Shown here piece after piece: positions 43,116-56,543 of a DNA stretch of 64,000 nt (within the stretch, counting starts at the first letter, position 1; each line of letters begins with the position of its first letter). The position numbers and the translations under genes are program-made. Under the pieces are notes generated by a model. It worked only from the letters and a program-made list of their open reading frames with translations. It did no database searches and had not been told where the DNA came from. Source of the DNA: Eledone cirrhosa (taxonomy: Eukaryota); the NCBI GenBank assembly GCA_964016885.1, contig OZ024740.1, positions 277,698,001 to 277,762,000 on the forward strand, given 5' to 3'.

Positions 43116-46100
43116 GGTCTAATCGGACGTATTTTGCTCGCCCCAGTAAGTCGCTTTATTTGCCTGTTAAAATTATTTGTTGTTAAATATTTCTTGTTGT
43201 GTAAGGGATATAAGCCCTTAGACTTTGCCCTGTGAAGGGGAAAGTATAATATTTGGGCCTTTTGGCCCAAATAATTGAACTTTTTTTTACATTTAAAAAA
43301 ATTTACGGAGAAAAAAAAAACATGGCTGAGCCACGCCCCCCAGCGATATGTCTGCTGTCGTGCGACAACGACGTAGAAGTTGAGAGGAGCGCTACAGCGA
43401 AATTAACACAAATTGATAACACAAACAACACCACAAACAATGTAAACAAAGACACCAATGATACCAAGGAGAACTCTAATTTTGAAAAAAATGACAGTAA
43501 CAGCGACAACGAAAATACAGATAACAAAAAAAAATGACAAATACAACAATATCAACACCACTAATATGAAAACAAATAGCGACAACACCAACAGCAACAA
43601 TACCAAATGCACCGAGAACAACGGTGGCAACAAAGACAACAATGATAACAGCGACAGTGATAACAACAACACCAACAAGAACAACGACAACGACAACAAC
43701 ACCCCCAACGAAAACAAGAGAACACTTTCGCTGCAGCAACAGCAAAAAAGAGGCCATGCTTCAACATGTACCTCTCAAACAAAGATAAAAAGTTGGCCCA
43801 GGCATGGAAGCTCATCAAGCAAGAGCAAACCTGGGCCAACTTAACTGTCCCGGTAGAAGCTATTGAGGCAGTGGAGCGCAGAACGGTGCATTATAGATGC
43901 ATCTCAGCACAAACCAAAAGGGCAGCTTTAATCCCACAGGAAGATGTCGAAGTCGCGCTGAGGTGCATCAGAGAAGAAACCGAATACATAGAGAGGGGCA
44001 GACAGTACTGCACCATTTCGGTGTTTTTCAAGTCAGAAGCCCTCGCTATGAAACACGCTATGACTCCTTGCAAAACCAGCAAGGTAATAATGTACCCCTC
44101 CCACATGGGAAAAAGAACGGCCCGTCTCCGCATTCCCACAATCCCACCAGGACTTGACATGTGGTGGCTTCTGGGATGTGTGATTGTGGAGAGGACGGAT
44201 ACCGTCCCTATAGAAGTGACCAGAACGGCCAGAGAGGACTGGTCCAGGGTTGACCTGGAGACCCTTCTCCAGGTCAACCCTGGACCACATCAGCCTTCAG
44301 AATGGGACGGTCATTCACATTATTACCGAAGGCAAAAAGCCGCAGTGTTTTGTTTGTGGGGGAAAAACTCATTTGCGAGCCTTCTGCCCTCAACTGCTGA
44401 AAGAGGCAAGGGGTCGAAAGGCTCCACTGCTGCCGACGCCGAGGCGAGGACCACAACCAAAACCACCACCAACATTGACCACCCAGGCAGGGAAAGGAGG
44501 AAAGCTGTCAAATTCCCCCTGCCCCCCAAAATACACACCAATAAAACCATAAACATACATACAGACACACTTACAGACACAGACCCCTCATCTACCAGTA
44601 GTGAAGATGAGGGAAAACCAAAATCCCCCTAAATACAAAAAAGGAAACACAAAAAGAAAAAAAAACTCAACAAAGCACAAAATCACCCGCAATAAAAAAC
44701 GCAGACACCACCCACGCAAACATCTCTCCAATAACACCAACATCAACACCACCATCACCATCACCAGAATCCCCCAAACGCAAACAACCTAAACAGACGC
44801 AAGAACAAATATACACATAAACATCTGAAACCACAGACACCACACTCACAACAAACACAGACACAACCGAAACAACACCACCAAAACCATCACCACCACA
44901 GCCACGCAAACAAATAAAATCACACCAACAAACATACAAAACTTCGTGCTCGTCAGGAGGGCCAACAAGGAACTGATGGCCCTCGTAGCACGAAGTGAAA
45001 ATATACAAAAAGAGGGAGACATTTTTAAATCGAGCACATTTCGCGTGCCGGAAGATTTGGTTCTGGTGCGAATGTTGATCGATTTATACAAAGAAATACG
45101 AGACAGCTTTCCTCGGGACGTGGGAACCCCGAACGTAAAACCCACTTCAAGACTTTTAAAGAGGTTCCCAAAAGAAACCCCACCAACTATGGAGGTCGAA
45201 CAACCCAACCTTCACAAGAGCCCGGAAGGTAAGTAAACCTTTCCTCTCTCTCTTTTTAATCTGCCAACATGGCCGTATTAAGAGTAGGATGTTTAAATGT
45301 TCGAGGCCTGGGATTGTCCTGGAAGCAGGGTCACCTGCTCAACGACCTCAGGTCTCTAGAAATGGATGTAATTGCCGTCAGCGAGACCAGGATTTCCGAC
45401 ACGCGCGCGCTAACCCCTACTTTTGACGACTATCAGATCTTTGCATCTGTTAGCCGGCCGGGAATGGGAGGCGGGGTGGCAGTGCTGTTTAGAAAAGGCC
45501 TGGATCTCGAGGTAAGGTCGATCTTCCGGGACCCGGACGGGAAGTTGGTGGTCCTTGACGTGAACAATAACGAAGGTGGTGCCTTTAGACTGGTGGCCGT
45601 CTATGCTCCTACAGGGGCAAGACGGCCGAACTTCTTTAGACGCCTGGAAGCCTTTCTGGGCACGTCTCGCACTTTACTGTTAGCGGGGGACTGGAACGGC
45701 ATCTTAGACGCACGCTGGGACTGTGTGAGAGTATCCGATAGGAGCTGGAGGTGCAAAAGCCTCAAGAACCTGATCAGCCAGTTCCAACTGGCTGACAGGT
45801 ACCGACTAGATTTTCCTAATGCGCCAGTGTGGACCTGGTCTAACCGCATAGGGTCATCTAGATCGTATATAGACAGGATATTCATTAGGAAAATAGACAG
45901 AAATAGTGTAAGCTGTCCATGTTTTGAAAGGTCGCCTATTCAGATCACAAGTTTGTGATCTGTATGGTCGACCTAGATGAGACGCGTAGGTTAGGACCTG
46001 GTTACTGGGATCTAAACATGTCATTTCCGGCACGTAAGGCTTACAGGGACCAGGTCAACAATTTAGTTAAGAAAAAGTTGACAGGGGGAATCGTCAACAA

Positions 46101-48934
46101 TAGATGGTGGGGGGCTCTCAAAAGAGAGATTAGAGTAATGTCGATAGAGTTTAGCAAAGAATTAGCGTTAGAGAAAAATAGAAAGGAGGGGGAGTTGGTA
46201 GATAAGTTAGACGAGGCTATTGGTCGTGGCATTGCAACTGATGTGCTAGCGGCGAGAATGGCATTAGACCATTTCTTCAATGCGAAACACGAAGGTTGCA
46301 TTGTCAGAGCTAAGGCGCGTGCTCTGAGAAACGAGGTAACCAAAGCTTTTCGATGGGCCCGCGTGGCAGAGGTGCAGCGTGGTAATAAAACCACGATACG
46401 GTCTTTGACGGACCGAGACGGACACGAGCTGAGCGATTCCAAGCGGATGTGTGAGGCCTTTTGCCAACATTTTGCTCGGATGTTCGGGGGAAGTGGCGGG
46501 TCAGAGATGGTGGCGGACTTCAGTCCCTACCTCGATGGCTTGCCGCAACTCTCGACCGCTGACGCTAGGCGCTACGAAAGGCCAATTACTTCAGCCGAGA
46601 TTCAGGATGCCCTTGTCGGCTGCATGAGGTGCAAGTCACCCGGTTTGGATGGTCTGCCCTACGAGCTTTACGTAAATATGCCAGACTTGTTCTCCAATCT
46701 CCTCGAAGCACACTACTGCAACTGGCAGTAAAATGGGAGTATTCCCAATTCTGTGAGTCGGGGCGTAGTGACGCTGATAAGGAAAGACGAGAACTAGAGG
46801 GACACATTAGACAATTTCAGACCCATAACTCTGCTCAACACAGAGTTTAAGATTTTGGCCAGGGTGTTAGCGAAGAGGTTGGCGCTTGTCGTCGGGGATT
46901 TGGTTGAGGAGGCGCAAACTTGCACAATCCCAACCAGGTCCACACACGACAACCTCCACCTAATGCGGTACATTATAGACAGGGTAGGGTGTAAACATGG
47001 CTTCGGTGGGGCTCTGATCAATTTAGATCAATCGAAAGCATTCGACAGGGTCGACCATCGGTACCTGGAGGCTGTCCTCAAGGCGGCTGGCTGCGGCCCC
47101 GTGTTCAGAAGCTGTATCGCTGCAATGCACAGCGGCACCTGCTCGATGGTCAAAATTAATGGCCACCTCTCGGAACCGTTTCAGGTCTCCCGATCGGTCC
47201 GTCAAGGGTGCCCTCTCTCCTCCCTTCTGTACGTATTAACTCTCGAGCCTTTACTGCGGAAGCTGGAGCTGTTGCAGGGCATCCCGCTCGAACCGGGATG
47301 CGGAAAGGCTGCGCCGGCTTGTGCGGAAGATATCACCGTGATGATGTCGGACACCTCAGAAATCGAGGTGGTCGACAACTTATTGGAGGAATATGAAAGG
47401 TTGACGGGAGCAAAACTTAAGCCGGAAAAGTCGGTGGGCTTGCAACTCGGCACCTGGAGAGGCAAGGCCATGCCGTCCAACAGCGTCGTTAGGCGCTGGA
47501 CGGACGGACCGGTAAAGTTGCTCGGGGTTTGATTCGGGCCAGACCTCCAGGTGGATAAGAATTGGGCCGAGGTGACGGGCAGGGTAACCAGTCCCACCCA
47601 GAAATAGGCTGGGATGAAGCTATCACTGAAAGATCGGGCGGAGGTGGCGAACGCGTACATCGCGTCCGTCATCTACTACCGTCTGACCGTCTTCCCTTGC
47701 CCCCGTTCGCGCCTCGCCATCTTGGAGCGGCTCCTCTTCAAATTCTTGTGGAGGGGTCATGTTCCGCTGGTGAGGCGGTCCATCTGCTGCCAGCACCCTC
47801 TATGTGGAGGGCTGGGCATGCCGTGGCTAATGATGCGCAGACACGCGCTGAGGCTGCGGCATCTCCAGATATTCTGCCTAAAAGGTGAACAGGTGTGGTC
47901 GCCGTTTGCCAGACGGGCCTTTCCGCAGCTCGTTTCTTTGACTGAGCTGCAGTCCTGGGTCAAGAAGAGATCGAGACTGGGTGACTGGCATCTGGAATGT
48001 TGCTACGCACTCACTGCCCTTTACCAGGCGTAAAATGCGGTCAGTGGAACTTCCACTCTCGAGTTTTATAGAGGATTAGTGGTGGGCAAGTGCGACGAAA
48101 ACGAACTAACCAGTCTGTACCGGAGGACTTTCGAGCCGGGGACGATGGATAATTTCCAAAAATCCCTCGCTTGGCAGTGCTACCGAGGGGCACTGCCGGT
48201 TCGAGATAAACTCTACAGACATGGAAGTACTGTCAGACAGACCTGCCCGAGATGCGCGCAGAGCGATGAAACCGTTCTGCACGCACTTGTCCAGTGTCCG
48301 TGCATTACTGACTTGTGGAGTTATGTTGAACAGCTGCTGTTGCGTGTATAACGGATCCGGCTATCGGCCGAGTCAATAGTGAAGATAGACCCGCCGCCTT
48401 CTTTTGGCCAGGAAGGGCAGGCAATTTTCCTCTGTCTGGTGGCTGTAGCGAAAGAGGTTGTATGGTGGACGAGGTTGAAAGGACTGAAGACAGACACTTT
48501 TCTCTTCGGCCAATCCCTCGTCAACTTTTTCAAGTTTCACTTGGAAAGGAAGGTGAGGGTGGAGAGAGAAGTGCTACCCCCCCCCCCCAGTACATTTGCT
48601 GAAAGGTGGGTGAATGTGGCGAGAATGGCCCGGGTGAGTGGGCCTACTCTGGTCATGCGGCTGTAGGTAGGTAAATTTGAGGAGGAGAGGGGTGCCCTTC
48701 CAGGGTGCTCTCGAAGCGTCGGGTCGTTCAGGATTGGTGGGATACCTGAGCGAACCCTGGGTGGTCATCCCCCCCTATTGGTGAATTTTTTCTTGTTGTA
48801 ATTTTATTGTTATTTTATTGTTATTTTGTTATTGTTATTCATATTGTTTACTCGATTTTTCTGTAAAACTCCACTGTCCCAGTCTGTTGTATTGTCCCCT
48901 AAATGTCGGTTCTTGTGGCCGATAAATGAAATCG
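43116..48934 (+). mobile_element. Full-length Tx1/L1-type LINE copy 1 (disrupted ORF1 + ORF2)
   Basis: ORF1 43322-45236 with CFVCGGKTHLRAFC knuckle; ORF2 from 45269: APE (LNVRGL, VYAP, GDWN), RT (LDQSKAFDRVDH, QGCPLS), CPRC..ETVLHALVQC. Confidence 0.93.
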
Positions 48935-48951
48935 TTATTATTATTATTATT

Positions 48952-51900
48952 GGCGACCTACGTAGGAAATCGTATCATCGTGAGCTCCGCAAAGGTTTGT
49001 TGTTTTCGTTTGTTTAAAATTGCCATTTATGGAACATTTTTGTTGTTAACTATTTATAAGGTCACATCATTTTCTTTCGGAAAAGGACACTCAAAAAGAT
49101 TGGGGCCTTGAGCCCCAAAATTTAAACTTTTATAATTATCAAACCAAAAATTTATTTGAAAAGAAGTATGAACGACACACAATCACACCTTCCTCGCAAA
49201 CTAACACTGACACCACCATTGTAAATATTACTACGTTTGCCAACACTAAAAATATAAACAGTAGCAATAATTTAAATTTGTCTGGTGCAGACATTAATTT
49301 CCCGCCATTACCAATGACTGCAGGTGTTGAAGCCGCCACCCCCACCACCACCACAGCGACAACAGAAACAAAAGAAAAAAATAAATTATCTCGTGATATC
49401 GAAATGGATTCACCCAAAATAGACTCTTCCACACCGAACACCACTGACGCCACCACCACCACAACTGAAACTAAAAATAACAATAACAAAAATAACGATA
49501 ACAACAACAGCAACAATGAGAATAAGAAAACCACCCTGTCTTTTGCCAAAGTAACAAAAAAGTGCGAAGCAATCCAGGTAACTCAGGAGGAATTACATGA
49601 AGCCAAGAGAATGGTAAACAAAGATGGGTACGTACAGGGTCACCCCACCCCCCACCCCCACCTAATAAAATGGAGCATCGGCGCCTATGTACCGTGTCTT
49701 ATCGGACAGAAATATCGGCAGAAATATGGAACCGTGGACGTATTCTTTGGAACACCACAGGAGGCCAGAGAACACTCCATGGCCTCATTAAGAAGTGACG
49801 ACTTCACACTCGTCCCAAGCTATTGTGGCCAGAGACTCGTGAAGATCAGGGTGACCCACGTTCCACCGGCCATCGAAATTCCATGGCTAATGGCTGCCGT
49901 CCTCGCCGGCATCGAGACCAACACAAGATAATCGAAATAGCGAAAGAAAAGCAGGAGGACTTGTCCGGAACTGGGATGGAGCACCTGATCTAAGCAGACC
50001 AAAAAAGCATTGAGGATATCCCAGACGGCAGCCACCTCACCGTAATCGTCGAGGACAGAAGGCCTAGGTGTATCGTTTGTGGTGAAGTAACCCACCTAAG
50101 GGCTTTCTGGCCTCAGGCTAAAAGGCTGAGGCCGCCTCTCTTACCCACCCCAGTGACTCAACCATCAACACCAGCAGCAGCAGAAATGACAGCAACAACT
50201 CTAGCAGCAACAACAGAAGCAACTGTAACAGCAACAACCCCAGCAACTGTAGCAAAAACCAACACAACCACCACCCAACGCGCCAGGAGTAGCACCAGCG
50301 CCTACACCATCCACCACGCCACAAACAAAACCAACGCCTGTGGAGAATTTTCCACTCCCTAACCTATCGCAACTGGAGACAGATTGTGACAAGGAGTGGG
50401 AAACTGCATCAGGAAAAATGAAAAAAAGAAAAAGAAACTAAAAAAGAAAAAATCCTCTCCCCCTCCAAAAACAAAATACAGAGAGAAACAAATAAACTAT
50501 CAAAGAAAAAAGTTAAGACAGCCATTCCACCATCCACACCAGCATCACCAACCCCATCACCACAAACACCAACACCATCACCATCATTAACCCCAGCACC
50601 ACCATCACCAACACCACAAAAGTAAGCAAAAAGCGAAACAGAAATAAACCCACAACAAACGCAAACAAAACAAAACAACCAAAACGATACACACTACACA
50701 GCATTAAATTTGAACAACAACCAATTATTACACTACACCCAACACAAAACCAGCATTACAGAAAAAGCCTACACAACAACCCAAAAGTTCACACCATCTC
50801 CACACATACAAATCACTCGCATCACACAGAAACGTACACAACACTTAAACAAAAATTCCCCAAAGACATCGGAGACTTCCGACAAGCACTCTCCAGGAGG
50901 ATTTATAAGGACATCCTTCCGGAGGAGGCCACAATCAGTGAAAAGGATGGAGAAACCATCCTTCTTCTAGGAGAAGTAAGGTAAGTGGTCTTTTCCATAT
51001 TTTTCACTCCATTTCAACATGACCTCACTCAGAATAAGCAGCATAAATGCGCGTGGCTTGGGGTCGTCATGGAAGGAGGGCCACCTGCTCAACGACCTCA
51101 GGTCACTAAACATAGATGTAGTGGCCATCAGCGAGACAAGAATCTCCGAAGCACGGGCCTTCGCACCGATCTTCGGCAGCTACGATGTGTACGCATCTCC
51201 CAGCCGTCCTGGATCGGGGGGGGGGGGGAGTTGCTGTGCTTTTTCGGAGAGGTTTGGTTCTCAAAATTAGGGCCATCTTCCTGGACCCAGAAGGTAAGTT
51301 GGTGGTGCTGGACGTGACCAGCGGAGACGGGCAAGCTTTCAGGCTAGTGGCTATTTATGCCCCGACAGGAGCAGGGCGGCCTGATTTCTTCCGGCGTCTG
51401 GAGACCTTTCTTGGAATGTCCCGCTCTTTAGTGTCAGTGGGCGACTGGAACGGGATCTTAGATGCATGCTGGGAATGTGTGGGATTAGCGGATAGGGGAG
51501 GAGGGTGCAAGAACCTCACTAACCAGCTCAGGCGTTTTGAACTGTCTGATAGGTACCGATTGGATTTCCCGAATGTGCCAATGTGGACTTGGACAAACCG
51601 CACTAGGTCATCCAGATCATATCTAGATAGAGTATTGTGTAGGGAAATAGATAGGTCTAGCATAGGCTGTCCACAATTCAAGATAGTCGGCTACACGGAC
51701 CACAAATTCGTGATCTTTGTGCTTGACTTAGATAGGCTTCATAGACGAAGACCCGGCTACTGGAAGCTAAACGCGTCCTTACCGGCGCGCAAGACCTACA
51801 GAGACCGGATTAGCGAACTAGTTAAGCGGGCGTTGACGGGGACCATCGTCAACAACAAGTGGTGATTTGCTCTGAAAAGAGCGATTAGAATAGAGTCCAT

Positions 51901-54663
51901 TAGGTTTAGTAAGGCTTTAGCAATAGAGAAAAATAGAGCAGAGGGAGAACTAGTTAGAAAATTAGACGAGGCGTTTAGCAAAGGCATCGCGACCGACGTA
52001 CTTGCGGCGAAATTCGCCCTTGACCAATTCTTCAATTCAAAGCACGAAGGCTGCGTTGTCGGAGCTAGGGTGCATGCTCTCAGACACGAGGGGACGTAAG
52101 CCGTTCAATGGGCCCGAGTGGTGGAGGCGCGTCGTGGCAACAAAGCCACGATCCGGTCTTTGGTGGACCACGACGGGCGCCTGCTACTCGATCCCGGGCA
52201 AATGTGTGAAGCTTTTCAGCGACACGCCGCACAGCTGTTCGGGGACAGCGGCGGGCCGGTTCGAGGGATGGACTTTAGTGTCTACCTCGACAGACTGCCG
52301 CGGCTCTTGGCCACTGAGGCGGAGTGTTGCGAAAAGCCGATAACAGCCGCTGAAGTAAGGGAGGCAATGACTGGCTGCACAAGGGGTAAATCGCCTTGTT
52401 TGGATGGTCTGCCCTATGAACTTTACGCACAGATGCCAGACTTGTTCGGAGGCCTCTTGGCGGACGTCTACTGCAACTGGCAACATAACGGGAGAATTCC
52501 CAGCTCTGTGAGACGAGGAGCGGTGGCGCTGCTGAGAAACGATCCGAACAAGGGGGATAACATAGATAATTTCAGGCCCATAACTCTGCTAAACACAGAG
52601 TTCAAGATTTTGGCCAAGGTGCTAGCAAAGAGGTTGGAGCTTGTCGTTGGTGGTCTGGTGGGAGAGGCGCAGACATGCGCCATTCCCGACAGATCCATCC
52701 ACGACAACCTCCACCTCATGCGATACATTGTAGAGAGGGTAGCGAGGGAACCTGGTAAGGGTGGGTCCTTGATCAATTTAGATCAGTCGAAAACTTTAGA
52801 TATGGTCGACCATCGTTACCTAGCGGCAGTACTGAGGGCGGCTGGCCCTGGGCCCATCTTCAGAGGCTGAATCGCTGCCATGCACAGCGATATCTGCTCT
52901 GTGGTGAGAGTGAGCGGTCACCTTTCGGAACCGTTCAAAAACATGCGCTCGGTCCGCCAAGGATGTCCCCTCTCGTCCCTCTTGTACGTAGTGACTCTCG
53001 AGCCATTACTGCACAAACTGGAGACGTTGAGAGGGATCCCGCGCGAACTTAGGATGCGGAAGATCCGTGTCAGCATATGCGGACGATATCACCGTAGTGG
53101 TGTCGAACGCCAAACTCATCGAGGCGATCACACTACACTAAGAGAATACGAAGCGGTGACAGGAGCAATGATCAACCAAGAAAAGTCAGTGGGCCTGCAG
53201 CTCGGCACCGGGAGAGGCAGGTCCATGCCGTCCAACAGCGTGGTCGGACGGACCGGTTAAATTGCTAGGGGTCTGATTCGGTCCGGACCTCCAGACGGAC
53301 AAAAACTGGGACGAGGTGACGAGCAGGGTGGCTTCTCTCACTCAGAAATGGGCGGAGAGGAAGCTATCCCTGAAAGGTCGAGCGGAGGTGGCTAACGCGT
53401 ACATCGCGTCCGTCATCTATTACCGCCTGACCGTCGTACCTTGTCCTAATTTCCGCCTGACTGCGCTAGAGCGTTTGCTCTTTCGCTTTTTGTGGAAGAG
53501 ATGCGCTCCGATGGTCAGGCGGTCCATCTGTTGTAACACCCGCTACGTGGAGGGATGGGCATGCCGTGGCTGATGATGCGCAGACACGCGCTCAGGCTAC
53601 GACATCTCCACCTCTTCCTCGACGGTGATCAGGTGTGGTCGCCGTTTGCTAGACGCGTCTTTCCCCAGCTCGTCTCCTTGTCGGAGCTGCGAAGACCGAG
53701 AAGGAGCGCTTGGAGACTGGAATGTCTTCAGGCGCTCACAGCCCTCGACCAATCCGGCAATGTGATCGCTGGAAACTCTACCTTGGCGTTCTATAGAGGA
53801 TTAGTGGAGGGGAAGAGCGACGACGTACTTGGGGAAACTATAGGCTTCGACGAAAATCAACTAGCCAATCTCTTCGGGAGAACTTTCGGGCCAGCGCCTA
53901 TCGACAACTTCCAGAAATCCCTGGCCGGGCAATGCTACCGAGGAGCTTTGCCAGTTCGGGATAAACTCTACAGGCATGGAGGTGCCGTCAGCCGGGCATG
54001 TCCGAGATGCGCGCAGGGAGACGAAACCGTCCTGCACACACTCGTCCAGTGACCGAGCATTGCTGACTTGTGGATTTATGTCGAACACCTGCTGTCGCAT
54101 GTAGGACGGATCCAGCTATCAGCTGAGTCCATCGTGAGGATTGCCCGCCCTCTTCTTTTAGCCCTGAAGTGCAGGCAGTTTTTATCTGTCTGGTGGCCAT
54201 GGCGAAAGAAATAGTATGGTGGACACGTTTGAAAGGGCTGAAGACGAGCACTTACCTCTTCGGTGATGCCCTGATTAACTTTTTCAAAATTTATTTGAAA
54301 AGGAAAATCAGGGTAGAGAGGCAAGTGCGCTCTTCCCAGCATTTCGTTAAAAGAAGGGTGAGAGAGGCAAAAATGGCCCGAGTGAATGGGCCTACACTGA
54401 GTATATCTCTGTAAATTAAAGTTGGAAAACTGGGAGAGGGCATTTGCCCTGGTGATCAGGGTCACTGTGGCTTTTTAATGGGCTTTCTCCACGAATGTCC
54501 TTCGGAAGTCTCCCCCGTATTGGGGAATTTTACATTGTTATTTTTTGTTACATCCTCTGTTTTTGTTTTTTACACGCAGAAATGCCCATTTGTACCGTCC
54601 TGTATTGTCCTGTACTGTCCTTAATGTCTACTTTATGTAAATCCTTGTGGTTAATAAAGAAAG
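48952..54663 (+). mobile_element. Full-length Tx1/L1-type LINE copy 2 (related subfamily, disrupted)
   Basis: ORF1 with CIVCGEVTHLRAF; ORF2 from 51019 INARGL, IYAP, GDWN, FRPITLLN, QGCPLS, CPRC. Confidence 0.93.
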
Positions 54664-54804
54664 TATTATTGTTGTTGTTGTCGTTATTATTATTGATGTT
54701 ATTATTATTATTATTATTATTATTGCTATTATTATGTTTGTTTTTTCTCCTGCAATGGCCGTACTCGATAACGAGGGGGCAGCCATCATCCTCATGAATG
54801 TATG

Positions 54805-55865
54805 CATGTCACGTCGCTCTTCAGTGCTACAGGTAACATGTAACCCACTGCAACCTGTGCATGGTCGGTTCGTCGATGACTAAACTAGCAACTCCACCAA
54901 GTTTGCTTGGCGAGGAGGGTGATTTTGGACACTCTGTAGGATGAAGAACAAGACCCGTGAAGGGTGGCGTAACTCAGAAGAGTCAAAGGCCATCCAATAA
55001 TGATTTAAAAAAAATTTTTTTGTGGAGTGGGAGACTCCTAGTCTTCATTATGACGTCTCTCTAGGAGAAGGCCACTCTGATATAAAACCTGGGACTTCGT
55101 TTAAGTAAATGCATTCGATGTCCAGATGTGGATTTGTGACCGTGCAAAGCCTTTCCTCACTTAAAAAAGCTTCAAGCACAAGCACCGCTTATATGTGAAA
55201 TCTTTTGCATAGCATAGCTGTCCATAGGCAAGTTCCTAGCAAGAATAAATACCCATGTCCATGTCGCTCATGATTAAGTAAGGTGCGATGGCATTACTAG
55301 AAATCGATTTCCAGCGATAATGTTTGTATGTATGTGTGTATGTATGCATATATGTATATATAGGAAAGCAAGTTGTTGCCACAACACCTTTCTAGGAGGG
55401 AAACTCTAAAAAAAAACCTGCGGCTTCTGAGGTACCGGATGTTGTTAGCCAGTTATCCTTTTCGGGTAGTGTTTTCGATGCTCAGAAAGTAGGATTGGTC
55501 GAGTGCAAGGCCTTTCCCCACTTAAAAACGCCCTCAAAGCACAGGCATCGCTTGTTCAGTATATGATACAGGTTCGGGTGACTGGCCGTAGCCTAAAAGT
55601 GCACGAAACTCTGTAATCTGGGAAATGATTGCAATAATCTTCGCAGAGTCTGCAGCCATTATGTATGTATGTATGTCGGTTCACTCTTGAGTGCTACTGG
55701 TAACGTGCAGCCCAGTACAACCTGTCGCATGATCGCATCGTCGGCTACTAAACCGGCAACCCTACCAAGTTTACTTGGTGTGGAGGGTGATTTCGAACAT
55801 CCTGCAGGACAAAAAACAAAACCTGACAAAGGACGGAAGAACTCGTAAGAGTCAACGGTCATCCC
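54805..55865. mobile_element. Cluster of RTE 5'UTR-derived fragments (54805-55200 +, 55365-55620 +, 55676-55865 -)
   Basis: Mutual similarity and similarity to 34900-35360. Confidence 0.7.
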
Positions 55866-55909
55866 TTCCCCTCCCCCAAAAGGGTAAATATATGAATGCA
55901 TGTATACAT

Positions 55910-56180
55910 GTTCTTCTGGTTTCATTATTTTATAATGTTATACCAATACAGAGAGAGAGTTGGTTTCTAAAATAAACACAAGACTCTTTCATTGGAATTT
56001 AGCTAACATCAACTAGGTAAATATATATGCATGTCTACAGGCATGTGTGTGTGCAGGTATGAATATTGTTATACGTGTTAATATGTATGCTTTGGGTTAT
56101 ATGTACATGTTTTGCATCTGTGCATGTGCATATGTAGTTGTCACATGAAGAATTTTTGGAATGTTTTACATATTTTCTGT
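55910..56180 (-). mobile_element. R4/Dong family B-related 3' stub
   Basis: Reverse complement resembles 41217-41409 (KICKTFQKF, ..CCAGAAGAACAT). Confidence 0.8.
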
Positions 56181-56249
56181 ATGTATGTTTGTATGTATGT
56201 ATGTATGTATGTATGTATGTATGTATGTATGTATGTATGTATGTATGTA

Positions 56250-56543
56250 TTGCTTTATATCTGGAGATCTCTCTGCACTTGTCGTCACATGGTACCATGG
56301 GCCCAGCACTATTTTCTGTATGTATGTATGTATGTATTGCTTTATATCTGGAGATCTCTCTCCACTTGTCGTCACATGGGCCCAGCACTATGTGTCAATA
56401 ATTGTCACAAGTGCAGTGTTTCTACCAGAGTTTTCAAGTTGCTGGCTGGAGTAAAAAGTCACACTCGTTCAGCGCATCAGTAGGGGTTCTCCTACATGGA
56501 TATGAAGTAGTGGCCGTACTCGAAAACGAGTTGGCAGCCACCA
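56250..56543 (+). mobile_element. RTE-derived short element with local tandem duplication, in (TGTA)n
   Basis: Homologous to 10661-10875; 56250-56312 is repeated at 56337-56391. Confidence 0.75.
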
